From Patescibacteria group bacterium (GTDB lineage Bacteria; Patescibacteriota; WWE3; JAMCXX01): a stretch of DNA of 64,000 bases. The position numbers and the translations under genes were made by a program. Of this stretch, positions 9,099-17,354 are shown piece after piece. The stretch is from contig JAMCXX010000003.1 in the NCBI GenBank assembly GCA_023474425.1, forward strand, positions 21,712 through 85,711, in the 5' to 3' direction. The notes under the pieces are model-generated. The model was not told the DNA's origin. It made no database searches and was given only the letters and a program-made list of their open reading frames with translations. Position 1 is the first letter of the stretch, and each line of letters starts with the position of its first letter.

Positions 9099-10181
9099 TT
9101 ATTTTCCGGCCGCGAGTACGAACCGTTTTAGCACCCGGTAAAATCTCTCTAAATCTTTAAGGTCGATCCACTCGTTCTCGCTGTGGTGTCCTCCGCCGGA
9201 CGGTCTTGTGGCAATAACCGGAATTTTTCTTTGAGCGAAGTATCTGGCGTCTGAGGAGCCGTGGGAGGTAATAAATACGGTCTTCTTTTTCGTTTCAGAT
9301 TCGGCAATTTTTGTGAATAGTTTTAAGTATGGATTGTCCAGATCGATTTTGAAGCTCTGCCCCGAAGCCAGGACCTCTGTTTTAATTTGTTTAAAGTTAT
9401 GGCTAATTTTCTTTATTTCCTTAGGAATTCTAATTTGGTCTTCAGGAATAAGCCGAATATCCACCAAAGCCTGCGCCCAATCGGGTATTTGGTTGACAGC
9501 TTTGCCGCCCTCAATCCGTCCGATATTTACAGTCGAGTGGAAGTGGTCTTTATCGCCGCAGGGTTCCTTGGGAAATAAATTCTTAATCTTGCCCAAAAAT
9601 TCCATAAGCTCGTCAATAGCGTTGACTCCCAACCACGGGCGGGAACCGTGGGCCGATTTTCCCCCCGCCCCAATTTTTAAATGCAAAACACCTTTAGCCG
9701 CTTTTTGTATTTCCCAGTTCTGGCCGCCGTCGGGAAGGAAGCAGACTTTGGAACGATAACCTTTGTTAAGCAGGTGTTTAACGCCGTTTTCTCCGCCAAT
9801 TTCTTCGTCGGTGGTAATCATTACGGCCAGGTTAAGATTTTTGAGTTCCATTTTTAGCTCCTTAAGTAGACGGAGGTAGCAGGCCAGGGAGAATTTCATA
9901 TCAAAAGATCCACGTCCATAGAGTATTCCGTTTTTTATTTTAGGCTTAAAAACTTCCGGGGACCCGGAAACAACGTCCATATGGCATTGGAGAATAAGGT
10001 GTGGAAATTTTGTGTCGCGGGATAGAATAACTAAGGAAGGATAGCCGTTTGATGAAAATTCCTTAATTACTAACGGCAGGCCGCGGAGCTGGCTTTTAAT
10101 CCATTTAAAGGCGCGTAAATTTTCCCGATGATTTTCGGACAAGGTTTTAAACGAAATAAGTTTTCGGAGTAGATTTTCCAT
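9099..10181 (-). CDS. M20-family metallopeptidase (ArgE/DapE-like deacylase)
   Basis: Metal-binding motifs LQCHMDVV and TTDEEIGG. C-terminal SENEWIDL region. Size 360 aa. Confidence 0.8.
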   Translation of the reverse strand: MENLLRKLISFKTLSENHRENLRAFKWIKSQLRGLPLVIKEFSSNGYPSLVILSRDTKFPHLILQCHMDVVSGSPEVFKPKIKNGILYGRGSFDMKFSLACYLRLLKELKMELKNLNLAVMITTDEEIGGENGVKHLLNKGYRSKVCFLPDGGQNWEIQKAAKGVLHLKIGAGGKSAHGSRPWLGVNAIDELMEFLGKIKNLFPKEPCGDKDHFHSTVNIGRIEGGKAVNQIPDWAQALVDIRLIPEDQIRIPKEIKKISHNFKQIKTEVLASGQSFKIDLDNPYLKLFTKIAESETKKKTVFITSHGSSDARYFAQRKIPVIATRPSGGGHHSENEWIDLKDLERFYRVLKRFVLAAGK

Positions 10182-10199
10182 AGACTAAATTATAACAGC

Positions 10200-10242
10200 A
10201 AAAAAACTTGGGCAGGACTAAACTTTGGTTTGAATCCTGCCC
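10200..10242 (-). terminator. intrinsic terminator downstream of the ATP-grasp-like gene
   Basis: Stem GGGCAGGA (10210-10217) / TCCTGCCC (10235-10242). Followed on the minus strand by a U-run (plus-strand A-run 10200-10206). Confidence 0.7.
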
Positions 10243-10259
10243 ATTCCTTTCTCGTAACT

Positions 10260-11168
10260 TCAAATTGTCACCGACCCGAAAAGGGAGTCGCTGGCACCGT
10301 GGATGCGAAGGTTTGGCCTTGCGTTCCACATGCCTCCCAGACATTTCCACTGTGTTCGCCGTAAGTCAAAGCCAAAAAAGACGCGGTAAATCATTTTCAT
10401 TTTACCGTCGCCGTTTAAATTCACGGGTTCCACAAACGGTTGGAGATACATCTGCCCACAACGGCTCAGAGTCTTACCGACGGCCGTGCGGGTGGACGAC
10501 CCTCTGGTTCCGTAGAGTGGGTGTCCTTTTGGAATCCAAAACTCAATATCGCGGCATTTGCTACCCTGAACCGGCTTGAGAACAAAGGCCTCGTCCCAGG
10601 GCAATTCATCTCCGGCGGCGACCAACTGCCAGAGTTTCATGTTGAGTCCGTAGCTCTTGTTGCCCTTCTCTTTTAAGGAGCTCACGGAGTACGACTCTAG
10701 ACCGTGGAACTCACTTTCGTCCGGCTCCGCCCTTATTAGAACCAGCTCGTCGCCGTGACGCCCGAGTTTAAGAACTCTGGTCCACAAGTGGTCATCAATA
10801 GAGTGTCTCTGCGGCGAAGCGATTACGCTGACCTTCGGCCACGATTTCCGGACTTCTTCCAGTAACCGCTTGAATTGTGGGTTGTGCCTGTACGAGATGC
10901 CAATACCCGCCGGACGCTCTTCGATTTCGTAAAGATTCAACCGGTGTCCGTTAGGAGCCATGTCCAGTCGGACGATGAGTGAAGGAATTCCCAGCTGGGT
11001 GCGGGCCCAAGTGGCCTCGTATGGAAATCTGTTCTGCCATCGTCGGATAACTCCTAACCCCTCTTCAATCGCCCAGTGCGGCAATTGGAAAGTTTTGGAG
11101 CTTATATTGACCTGCCAGGTACTGTTTTGCTTCCACCCAAGACATGAAAGCAAATTTGATACAAGCAT
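10260..11168 (-). CDS. ATP-grasp-like ligase (tentative; motif order looks permuted or divergent)
   Basis: Start reassigned to the ATG at 11168, which follows GGAGGG. Motifs: AFVLKPVQGSKCRDIEFW, MYLQPFVEP, MIYRVFFGFD, and upstream of these SLIVRLDMAPNGHRLNLYEIEERPAGIGI. Confidence 0.4.
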   Translation of the reverse strand: MLVSNLLSCLGWKQNSTWQVNISSKTFQLPHWAIEEGLGVIRRWQNRFPYEATWARTQLGIPSLIVRLDMAPNGHRLNLYEIEERPAGIGISYRHNPQFKRLLEEVRKSWPKVSVIASPQRHSIDDHLWTRVLKLGRHGDELVLIRAEPDESEFHGLESYSVSSLKEKGNKSYGLNMKLWQLVAAGDELPWDEAFVLKPVQGSKCRDIEFWIPKGHPLYGTRGSSTRTAVGKTLSRCGQMYLQPFVEPVNLNGDGKMKMIYRVFFGFDLRRTQWKCLGGMWNARPNLRIHGASDSLFGSVTI

Positions 11169-11196
11169 TTTTAACCCTCCTTCTTTAGGTGTTGCC

Positions 11197-11430
11197 TTAG
11201 GTCTGAATGCCGGTGCGGGTTGCCTCAAACCCCTGGGCGGTTTGGTGGATGAGTTCGGTGTCGTGTCCTAAACACTTGGAATCCGGGCAATTTCCGTTGC
11301 CTTTAATTTTTTGACAACGCCGCCCGCAGGGCATGGCGCCGCAGGTAGTAGCCCAGCGGGTGTTGCTGGTCGTCGTAGCAGTTCTGTGCGATCTAAGCAG
11401 ATAGATCGCCGCTTGCGAATGGCTCGACAC
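11197..11430 (-). CDS. small Cys-rich protein or precursor-like peptide (77 aa)
   Basis: GTG start preceded by AAGGAGGG. Sequence ...TATTTSNTRWATTCGAMPCGRRCQKIKGNGNCPDSKC.... Stop lies 26 nt before the next gene's start. Confidence 0.5.
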   Translation of the reverse strand: MSSHSQAAIYLLRSHRTATTTSNTRWATTCGAMPCGRRCQKIKGNGNCPDSKCLGHDTELIHQTAQGFEATRTGIQT

Positions 11431-11462
11431 GTACCCTCCTTTATGAGATTTGGATTTTTGTA

Positions 11463-11545
11463 AACGGTGGCAGGCAGCGGATCCGGAAAAATTGTTGTTG
11501 GTTCCGCCTCCTCCGGATCCGATTTCTGCCGCCGTTTTTTTTGTG
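11463..11545 (-). promoter_or_regulatory. long imperfect hairpin in the 5' leader of the small ORF
   Basis: Arms AAACGGTGGCAGGCAGCGGATCCGGA / TCCGGATCCGATTTCTGCCGCCGTTT around a 24-nt loop. T8 run on the plus side. Confidence 0.4.
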
Positions 11546-11681
11546 TGCTGTCTCTATCTTTCCTGCAAGTTTATCCGGGTCCACTTTTCAACAATGTAAC
11601 CCTTCCCTTAATCCGCCTTCGCTGAAGCTTCGGCGGGATTGATGGTTGCTAGATTCGGTCGAACGCTCATCAAGCAACCAT

Positions 11682-11706
11682 AAAAAAACCCCGCCTTTTG
11701 GCGGGG
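11682..11706 (-). terminator. intrinsic terminator for the 11873-12583 gene
   Basis: Stem CCCCGCC/GGCGGGG with a TTTT loop. Plus-strand A7 gives a U-run on the minus strand. Confidence 0.7.
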
Positions 11707-11872
11707 TTGAAAGCTGCGAAAAACGGTTAAAGATTCACCGCAACTTCCAACCCTCCTTAATAATAAGGACAAAAAGGCGGGCCTCAATCATTTGGGACCA
11801 ATAACAATTCATTTTTTTGTTGGCGGCCTTATTAACCATATCTTTAATTCTAAGCATAAATTAATTTCTCCG

Positions 11873-12583
11873 TCAAGGGGTTGGCTTAGCGGCAGGCGTA
11901 GCCTGGGGCGTAGCTGCCGTTTGTGGCATAATTGCCACCAGCCGTCCTGTTAAAACTCCGGTATCCTCTTTAATAGCCACGGCCGCGACGGTTGCCCCGC
12001 TTAAAAGCTGGGCGGAGGTTACTTTTCGGCCGTTTTGTTCGAAAGCCGTCTGGCTATTAAAGTTTATTTCATAGGTCTGGTTGTTCGAACTAATAGTAAA
12101 AGAAGTGGCAGAAATCTGGTTGACGACTCCCATTAGGGCTACTTTGTTAATGATCTTGAGGACTTTGGATTTGGCTACTACCTCACGGGCGAGGAAGGTG
12201 CCATCGGTGGCGGCGGCGCCGGCGATAGCTACGCGGTCACCAACGGTTAGTTGGGAGAGATAGGCCAAACGCCCGCCGCGATAAAATTTGGTGACTTCGG
12301 TAGCGGTAACGCTGACGGCCGCTCCGTCGTCGGTATTTACCACCAAAACCTTGCCGGAAATACTTTGCAAGTCGCCCAGAAGAACTTTGCCGGCAAAGAG
12401 GTTGACGGTTTTTTGCTCGGAAGTCGAGACCGGCGGCGTTGAGGTCACAGCGGGATTACCCGTATCGCTTTGAGCCGTTACACGAGCAGAAACGATAGTT
12501 ATGAGTACCGGTAAAACGGCCAACAACAGTAAATTTTTGCGGGTTTTTAAAAGCTTCATAATTGACTTAAGGCATGTAAACAA
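11873..12583 (-). CDS. hypothetical secreted/membrane-anchored beta-rich protein
   Basis: Signal-anchor N-terminus. Repeated G-x-V...VGDRV type beta modules. Pro/Thr/Ala tail. Confidence 0.6.
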   Translation of the reverse strand: MFTCLKSIMKLLKTRKNLLLLAVLPVLITIVSARVTAQSDTGNPAVTSTPPVSTSEQKTVNLFAGKVLLGDLQSISGKVLVVNTDDGAAVSVTATEVTKFYRGGRLAYLSQLTVGDRVAIAGAAATDGTFLAREVVAKSKVLKIINKVALMGVVNQISATSFTISSNNQTYEINFNSQTAFEQNGRKVTSAQLLSGATVAAVAIKEDTGVLTGRLVAIMPQTAATPQATPAAKPTP

Positions 12584-13043
12584 CGTTCAATACTTCCGAT
12601 TTTGATTGTCCCTTGGAATCAAAAGCGGTAACCGTAATCTGATTTTCTCCCATGTCCAGAGCCAGAGTTGCCGAAAAAGCGCCGGAGACGTCGGCGGTCG
12701 CAATCGTTTCATCGGAGGCGTCGGACAGAGCCACCGAGGCCTTTGGACCGGTTGTTCCTTCTATGGTTAGAGTCGGGGAAGCAACCACATCCTGCATCTG
12801 CGGCGTATTGATATTTAATACAACACCCGTTGATTCCGGTGTGCCGGCCGATGGAGTGGATTGCGATTGGCTTTGTTCATTTTGCGGCGGTGTTAGAATT
12901 CCCTGATTGGGCGGATTTTGGCTGCGGTTGGAAAGAGCGTTGTACCAAACGTAAATAATGGCGATTAAAAGTCCCAGGGAAATGAGGGACAAAATAATTA
13001 GAAGCGGTTTTTCCGATTTGTTCATCGCGTCGTTTTTAGCCAT
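12567..13043 (-). CDS. hypothetical membrane-anchored protein with Ig-like C-terminal domain
   Basis: 158 aa. One TM helix, a low-complexity Q/S/P linker and a beta-rich C-terminus. Confidence 0.55.
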   Translation of the reverse strand: MAKNDAMNKSEKPLLIILSLISLGLLIAIIYVWYNALSNRSQNPPNQGILTPPQNEQSQSQSTPSAGTPESTGVVLNINTPQMQDVVASPTLTIEGTTGPKASVALSDASDETIATADVSGAFSATLALDMGENQITVTAFDSKGQSKSEVLNVVYMP

Positions 13044-13112
13044 CGCCTCTACAGGTTAAAAGATTTGTTTCCTTCTTGTCAAGCCGGGATGTTTGGTGTT
13101 AAGTTTGTTGTG

Positions 13113-13781
13113 ATGGAAGTTACTTATTTAGGCCATTCCTGTTTTAAGGTTGATGAACGCCGCGGGCAAAACGGCTCGGTTTCTTTAATCGTTGACCCGT
13201 ACGATGCCGGCATGGTGGGTTTTGGCCTTAAAAAGGGCTTGACGGCCGACTTGGTTTTGGTAACACACAGCCACGGCGATCACAATTTTGTTTCGGCGGT
13301 TTCGGGCAGTCCCTTTGTTATTGCCGGCCCGGGGGAATACGAGGTGAAGGGGGTTAAGGTCACCGGCGTCAAAAGTTTTCACGATGAGCAGGAGGGCAAG
13401 CAGCGCGGTCTAAACACGATTTACAGTTGGCTTATGGGCGGGGTGAGTTTTTGCCATTTGGGTGATTTGGGCCAAGTGCTTTCCGACAACCAAATAAACG
13501 AAATCGGCAAAGTTGATGTGCTTTTTGTGCCGGTGGGCGGTTTTTACACCATTGACGCCAAGAAGGCCATTGAGGTGGTTAACCAATTGGAGCCCCTCGT
13601 GGTTGTGCCCATGCACTACAAAAGGACGGAGCTTTCGGCCAATCTTCAAAAGGTTTTGGCGCCGGTTTCCGATTTTACCAAGGAGTTTGGCCAGTCGGTC
13701 AAAAGCGAGACCGTCTTAAAAGTTGCCAAAGACAGCCTGCCTTTGGAGATGGAAGTGATTGTTCTTGAAAAATCCTCGTAG
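13113..13781 (+). CDS. metallo-beta-lactamase-fold hydrolase (UPF0173/UlaG-like)
   Basis: MEVTYLGHSCFKV start and the HxHxDH motif VTHSHGDHN. Start moved to the ATG at 13113. Confidence 0.8.
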   Translation: MEVTYLGHSCFKVDERRGQNGSVSLIVDPYDAGMVGFGLKKGLTADLVLVTHSHGDHNFVSAVSGSPFVIAGPGEYEVKGVKVTGVKSFHDEQEGKQRGLNTIYSWLMGGVSFCHLGDLGQVLSDNQINEIGKVDVLFVPVGGFYTIDAKKAIEVVNQLEPLVVVPMHYKRTELSANLQKVLAPVSDFTKEFGQSVKSETVLKVAKDSLPLEMEVIVLEKSS

Positions 13782-13851
13782 AAATTAATCTTGATTTCGT
13801 TGTCTTATCTGCCCCCACACTTAATGTTGTGGTTCTATTTTGCTTAGTGTT

Positions 13852-15162
13852 ATGGCTGAAAGGTTACCGCCCCAGAATACCGATGCCGAAGAGTCGGTTT
13901 TGGGGGCGCTTTTGATTGACAAAGATTCAATTATTAGGGTGGCGGCACTTTTGTCGCCGGCCCATTTTTATCGCGACGCCAACGGGGAAATTTATGCCGC
14001 CATTTTAAGTCTTTACGAGAGGCGTGAGCCGGCAGACCTTGTGACCGTGCCCAACGAGCTTAGCAAAAAAAAGAAGCTGGAGTCGGTGGGGGGCCTAACC
14101 TATCTTTCTTCGCTCGTGGCCAAGGTGCCCTCGAGCGCCAACGTGGAGTACTACGCCAACATTGTGCGCGACGCCTTCGTAAAACGCCAATTAATTGCCG
14201 CCAGCGCCAAGATTTCCGAATCGGCTTTTGACAGCAATACCCAAAGCCGCGACCTCTTGGACAAAGCCGAGCGCTCCCTTTTTTCCATTTCGCAGGAATA
14301 TTTGCATCAGTATTTTGTTTCGGTTAAAGAAGTTTTGGAAACCTCGTTTGACAGGCTCGAGGCTTTGCACAAAAGCGGATCCAGCATACGGGGAGTTCCC
14401 ACCGGTCTTAAAAGCTTAGACGAGAAACTTTCGGGTTTGCAGGAGAGTAATCTTATTATCCTTGCGGCGCGGCCATCGGTGGGAAAAACTTCGCTGGCCT
14501 TAAACATTGCCCAGCACGCGGCCGTGGAGAAAAAAATTCCCGTGGCCGTTTTTTCTTTGGAAACTTCGCGGGAACAGCTTGTGGACAGGCTTCTTTCGGC
14601 CCAGGCCGATGTGGACGGCTGGCGCATTACCACGGGGAGGCTTGAGGAGGAGGACTTCCGTAAAATCGGCGAGGCTATGGGCGAGCTTTCCGAGGCGCCT
14701 ATTTTTATTGACGACACGCCGGGCATAAACGTTTTGGAAATCCGCACCAAAGCGCGAAGGCTTCAAATGGAGCAGGGAATAAAGCTTGTGGTGGTGGATT
14801 ATTTGCAGTTGGCTCACGGGCAAAACACCGAAAACCGCGTGCAGGAAGTTTCCGAGGTGTCCCAATCACTCAAGAATTTAGCCCGGGAACTGCATGTGCC
14901 GGTTCTGGCCCTTTCCCAGCTTAACCGTTCCATTGAAAGCCGCGGGGAGAGGCGGCCTCAGCTTTCGGATTTGCGGGAGTCGGGGAGTCTTGAGCAGGAC
15001 GCCGATGTGGTGATTTTTCTTTATCGTGAGGACGACGAAAATCGTTCCGAGGTGCGTCTTTCCATTTCCAAGCACCGCAACGGGCCCACCGGAGAGATTG
15101 ATTTATACTTTAGGGGCGAGCGTACCAAATTCTTTGAAACGGAAAAATTGAAGGTGGAATAA
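13852..15162 (+). CDS. dnaB: replicative DNA helicase
   Basis: PPQNTDAEESVLGALL N-terminus. Walker A ARPSVGKTS, Walker B VVVDYLQL and SQLNRSIE motifs. Confidence 0.95.
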   Translation: MAERLPPQNTDAEESVLGALLIDKDSIIRVAALLSPAHFYRDANGEIYAAILSLYERREPADLVTVPNELSKKKKLESVGGLTYLSSLVAKVPSSANVEYYANIVRDAFVKRQLIAASAKISESAFDSNTQSRDLLDKAERSLFSISQEYLHQYFVSVKEVLETSFDRLEALHKSGSSIRGVPTGLKSLDEKLSGLQESNLIILAARPSVGKTSLALNIAQHAAVEKKIPVAVFSLETSREQLVDRLLSAQADVDGWRITTGRLEEEDFRKIGEAMGELSEAPIFIDDTPGINVLEIRTKARRLQMEQGIKLVVVDYLQLAHGQNTENRVQEVSEVSQSLKNLARELHVPVLALSQLNRSIESRGERRPQLSDLRESGSLEQDADVVIFLYREDDENRSEVRLSISKHRNGPTGEIDLYFRGERTKFFETEKLKVE

Positions 15163-15214
15163 AAAAGACCGCATCAGAATCGTTTTTCTTGACGCGGTCT
15201 GTGCGGTTTTCCGG

Positions 15215-15427
15215 TTAGCGTTGTCTAAGTTTATAAACATCTCTCCCTTCGATGATTTTACTGACAATCGGGCGATCGGTGTTGAACTGTTCGCCGCCGG
15301 TTATGGGTTCCAGAACCTGCCAAATAACCGGCCACTCCGCTTGAAGAAGCCGGGTAAAGTCGCCGCTTGTTAGTCCGCCGGGGTGGGATTTCAAAAGTTC
15401 CAAAATCTTTTGCTGCAGTCCGTCCAT
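15215..15427 (-). CDS. small hypothetical protein (possible winged-helix)
   Basis: 70 aa. SD AAGGAG upstream. KILELLKSHPGGLTSGDFTRLL resembles an HTH segment. Confidence 0.5.
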   Translation of the reverse strand: MDGLQQKILELLKSHPGGLTSGDFTRLLQAEWPVIWQVLEPITGGEQFNTDRPIVSKIIEGRDVYKLRQR

Positions 15428-15497
15428 GTCTTTTCTCCTTTTTTGGACCCGTTTAAGTTTTTTAGATTTTATCCGTTATAATAGAGGGTGTCAAACG

Positions 15498-15587
15498 GCC
15501 GATGTGGTGGAACTGGTAGACACGCACGACTCAAAATCGTGTGAGCCTTAAAAGCTCGTGTCGGTTCGACTCCGACCATCGGCACCA
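15498..15587 (+). tRNA. tRNA-Leu (anticodon CAA), class II, CCA encoded
   Basis: Folded by hand. Acceptor GCCGATG/CATCGGC, D stem GTG/CAC, anticodon stem CACGA/TCGTG with loop CTCAAAA. Long variable arm GAGC..GCTC. T arm GTCGG-TTCGACT-CCGAC. Ends ACCA. Confidence 0.9.
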
Positions 15588-15692
15588 CCGAGTCATCTAG
15601 TTAGACTCGATGGCGAGGTGAGCCAAGTCTGACTTGGCCAGGTTTTTATATAAGTAGATGAACGAAAAGTATAGAGAAACCATTTTCAGATC

Positions 15693-15762
15693 GGAATTCG
15701 TCATCCTGGCCGAGTCCAGGATCGATGCTGGAGCCGCCCAGCATGACGACCCCGGGAATTCC
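15693..15762. repeat. three-hairpin palindromic element (CGTCAT...ATGACG type)
   Basis: Outer stem TCGTCATCCTGG / CCAGCATGACGA. Inner hairpins CCTGG..CCAGG and GCTGG..CCAGC. Flanked by GGAATTC / GGGAATTCC. Confidence 0.65.
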
Positions 15763-15830
15763 AATCTGTGTGTGTTATGTGACACTACGTTTACATGTTG
15801 TTTAGTTAAGTGAGACACCTAGAAATCTTT

Positions 15831-15888
15831 GCACCCGTAGCTTAATTGGATAGATCCGGCTCAGCCGGATTCCGGAGTTGATCTTCTT
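15831..15888 (+). other. tRNA-like 5' fragment (acceptor strand plus D-loop) fused to a GC hairpin
   Basis: GCACCCG-TA-GCTT-AATTGGAT resembles tRNA positions 1-21. It is followed by the hairpin ATCCG-GCTCAGC-CGGAT. No canonical D stem, T arm or 3' acceptor strand follows. Confidence 0.3.
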
Positions 15889-15964
15889 GTGCCTGTAGCT
15901 CAGGGGATAGAGCGTGCGCCTCCGGAGCGCAAGGTCGGGAGTTCGAATCTCCCCAGGCATACCA
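15889..15964 (+). tRNA. tRNA-Arg (anticodon CCG), CCA encoded
   Basis: Acceptor GTGCCTG/CAGGCAT (G1-U72). D arm GCTC-AGGGGATA-GAGC. Anticodon stem TGCGC/GCGCA with loop CTCCGGA. T arm GGGAG-TTCGAAT-CTCCC. Ends ACCA. Confidence 0.9.
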
Positions 15965-16025
15965 TAGTCGGAGCGGTTGGGCGCCTGCCTGCCGCAGGCA
16001 GGTTCGAGTCGCCCTGGGCGCACCA
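15965..16025 (+). other. tRNA-like 3' fragment (T arm, acceptor strand, ACCA) with a 19-nt hairpin inside the T arm
   Basis: GGGCG [CCTGCCTGCCGCAGGCAGG] TTCGAGT CGCCC TGGGCGC ACCA. The acceptor strand pairs 6/7 with GCACCCG at 15831. Confidence 0.3.
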
Positions 16026-16350
16026 ATAAGCCCTATAGTTGACAAACTGTTTTTTCTTTTTCCAAAAAATTGTGAGAAGGCACCGTCTTTTGCAGAATAA
16101 GATCCTATTTGTTATGCACATTAAAATATACAACGCTACATAGCGTTATATAATTTGAACTTGGAAATGGCTTAGTTCCGGCATTTTGCATACCTATCCC
16201 GATAATATGACTATTCAAATAAAAGATTATAAATAAACTCCTATTTCTTGCCGGAAAACTTTTTTTACAAAACTTCCAAAAGTTTTTTGGACTATAATGT
16301 GTGCAGGGGGTTGAAATAATTTTAGTTTCCACAAAAGGAGGTGGTAGTTT

Positions 16351-16749
16351 ATGAACGGTTACATCGTAAACATAGAAAAATCTTCCCTGGAAAATAAGTT
16401 CTTCCGAAAGGTTCTTTATACTGCAAAGCACAGCCAACTGGTTTTAATGTCTCTTAAACCCAAAGAAGAAATCGGTGAGGAAATCCACCATCTTGACCAG
16501 TTCATCCGCATAGAGTTCGGAGAAGGTCTTGCAATTTTGGACGGAATAGAACACCAAATATCCGACGGTTCTGCTATTGTAATTCCTGCCGGAACCAGGC
16601 ACAACATTATTAATTCTTCGGTTCAAAAGGACATGAAACTTTATACCGTTTACAGCCCTGCGGAACACCGCGACGGGGTTATTCACAAAACCAGAGCCGA
16701 TGCCCTGGCAGATAAGGACGATGAATTTGACGGAAAAACCACGGAATGA
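16351..16749 (+). CDS. cupin-domain protein
   Basis: GEEIHHLDQFIRIEFGEG...IVIPAGTRHNIIN fits the two cupin motifs. SD AAAGGAGG upstream. Confidence 0.75.
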   Translation: MNGYIVNIEKSSLENKFFRKVLYTAKHSQLVLMSLKPKEEIGEEIHHLDQFIRIEFGEGLAILDGIEHQISDGSAIVIPAGTRHNIINSSVQKDMKLYTVYSPAEHRDGVIHKTRADALADKDDEFDGKTTE

Positions 16750-16770
16750 CATATTTATATTGTTTTAATT

Positions 16771-17334
16771 ATGTCCAACATTCCCGTTAACGATTTACGC
16801 AAAGGCGAAGTTTTTAAAGAAAACGGCCAGCCCTTTGTTGTTGTTAAATACAGCCACGTTAAAATGGGCCGCGGCAATGCCGTTATTAAAATTAAGGCCA
16901 AAAACCTAAAAACGGGTGCCGTTTTGGAAAAGTCATTTCTTTCCGGAAGTTCCGTGGAAGAGGCCGACGTGGAAAAAATCAAAGTGCAGTACCTTTACAA
17001 GAGTGGCGAAACCTACTCTTTTATGGACAGCCAGACCTTTGAAACCATTGAACTTTCGAGAAGCTTTATTGGCGACGATGTTAATTATCTTAAAGAAGGT
17101 GAGCCTTGCCAACTTTTAAAGTTTGAAGGCGGGCCGGTAAGTTTAGAGTTGCCGCTGAGCGTCGTTTTAAAAATTGCGGAAACGGGTTCGGGTTTTAAGG
17201 GAAACTCGGTAACCAATATGATGAAGCCGGCTAAACTGGAAACGGGGTTAGAGGTGCAGGTTCCCAACTTTATTAATGAAGGCGAATCGGTTAAAATAGA
17301 TACACGCACGGGCGAATATGTTGAGAGGGCCTAG
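16771..17334 (+). CDS. efp: elongation factor P
   Basis: LRKGEVFKENGQPFVVVKYSHVKMGRGNAVIKIKAKNLKTG plus OB domains. 187 aa. Confidence 0.95.
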   Translation: MSNIPVNDLRKGEVFKENGQPFVVVKYSHVKMGRGNAVIKIKAKNLKTGAVLEKSFLSGSSVEEADVEKIKVQYLYKSGETYSFMDSQTFETIELSRSFIGDDVNYLKEGEPCQLLKFEGGPVSLELPLSVVLKIAETGSGFKGNSVTNMMKPAKLETGLEVQVPNFINEGESVKIDTRTGEYVERA

Positions 17335-17354
17335 AGCCCCGCGCCCGCTAAACC

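Noticed and set aside
15854-15870. Hairpin ATCCG-GCTCAGC-CGGAT read as an anticodon arm with a UCA anticodon (Sec or UGA-suppressor tRNA, alternative genetic code).
   Set aside because: The loop lacks U33 and there are no matching D stem, T arm or 3' acceptor strand. TGA clearly terminates conserved genes here, for example htrA at 3447-3449.
15597-16437. Minus-strand ORFs of 67-110 aa across the tRNA cluster and the AT-rich region upstream of the cupin gene.
   Set aside because: They run antisense through the tRNA-Leu/Arg genes and repeat elements, lack ribosome-binding sites and give implausible composition.
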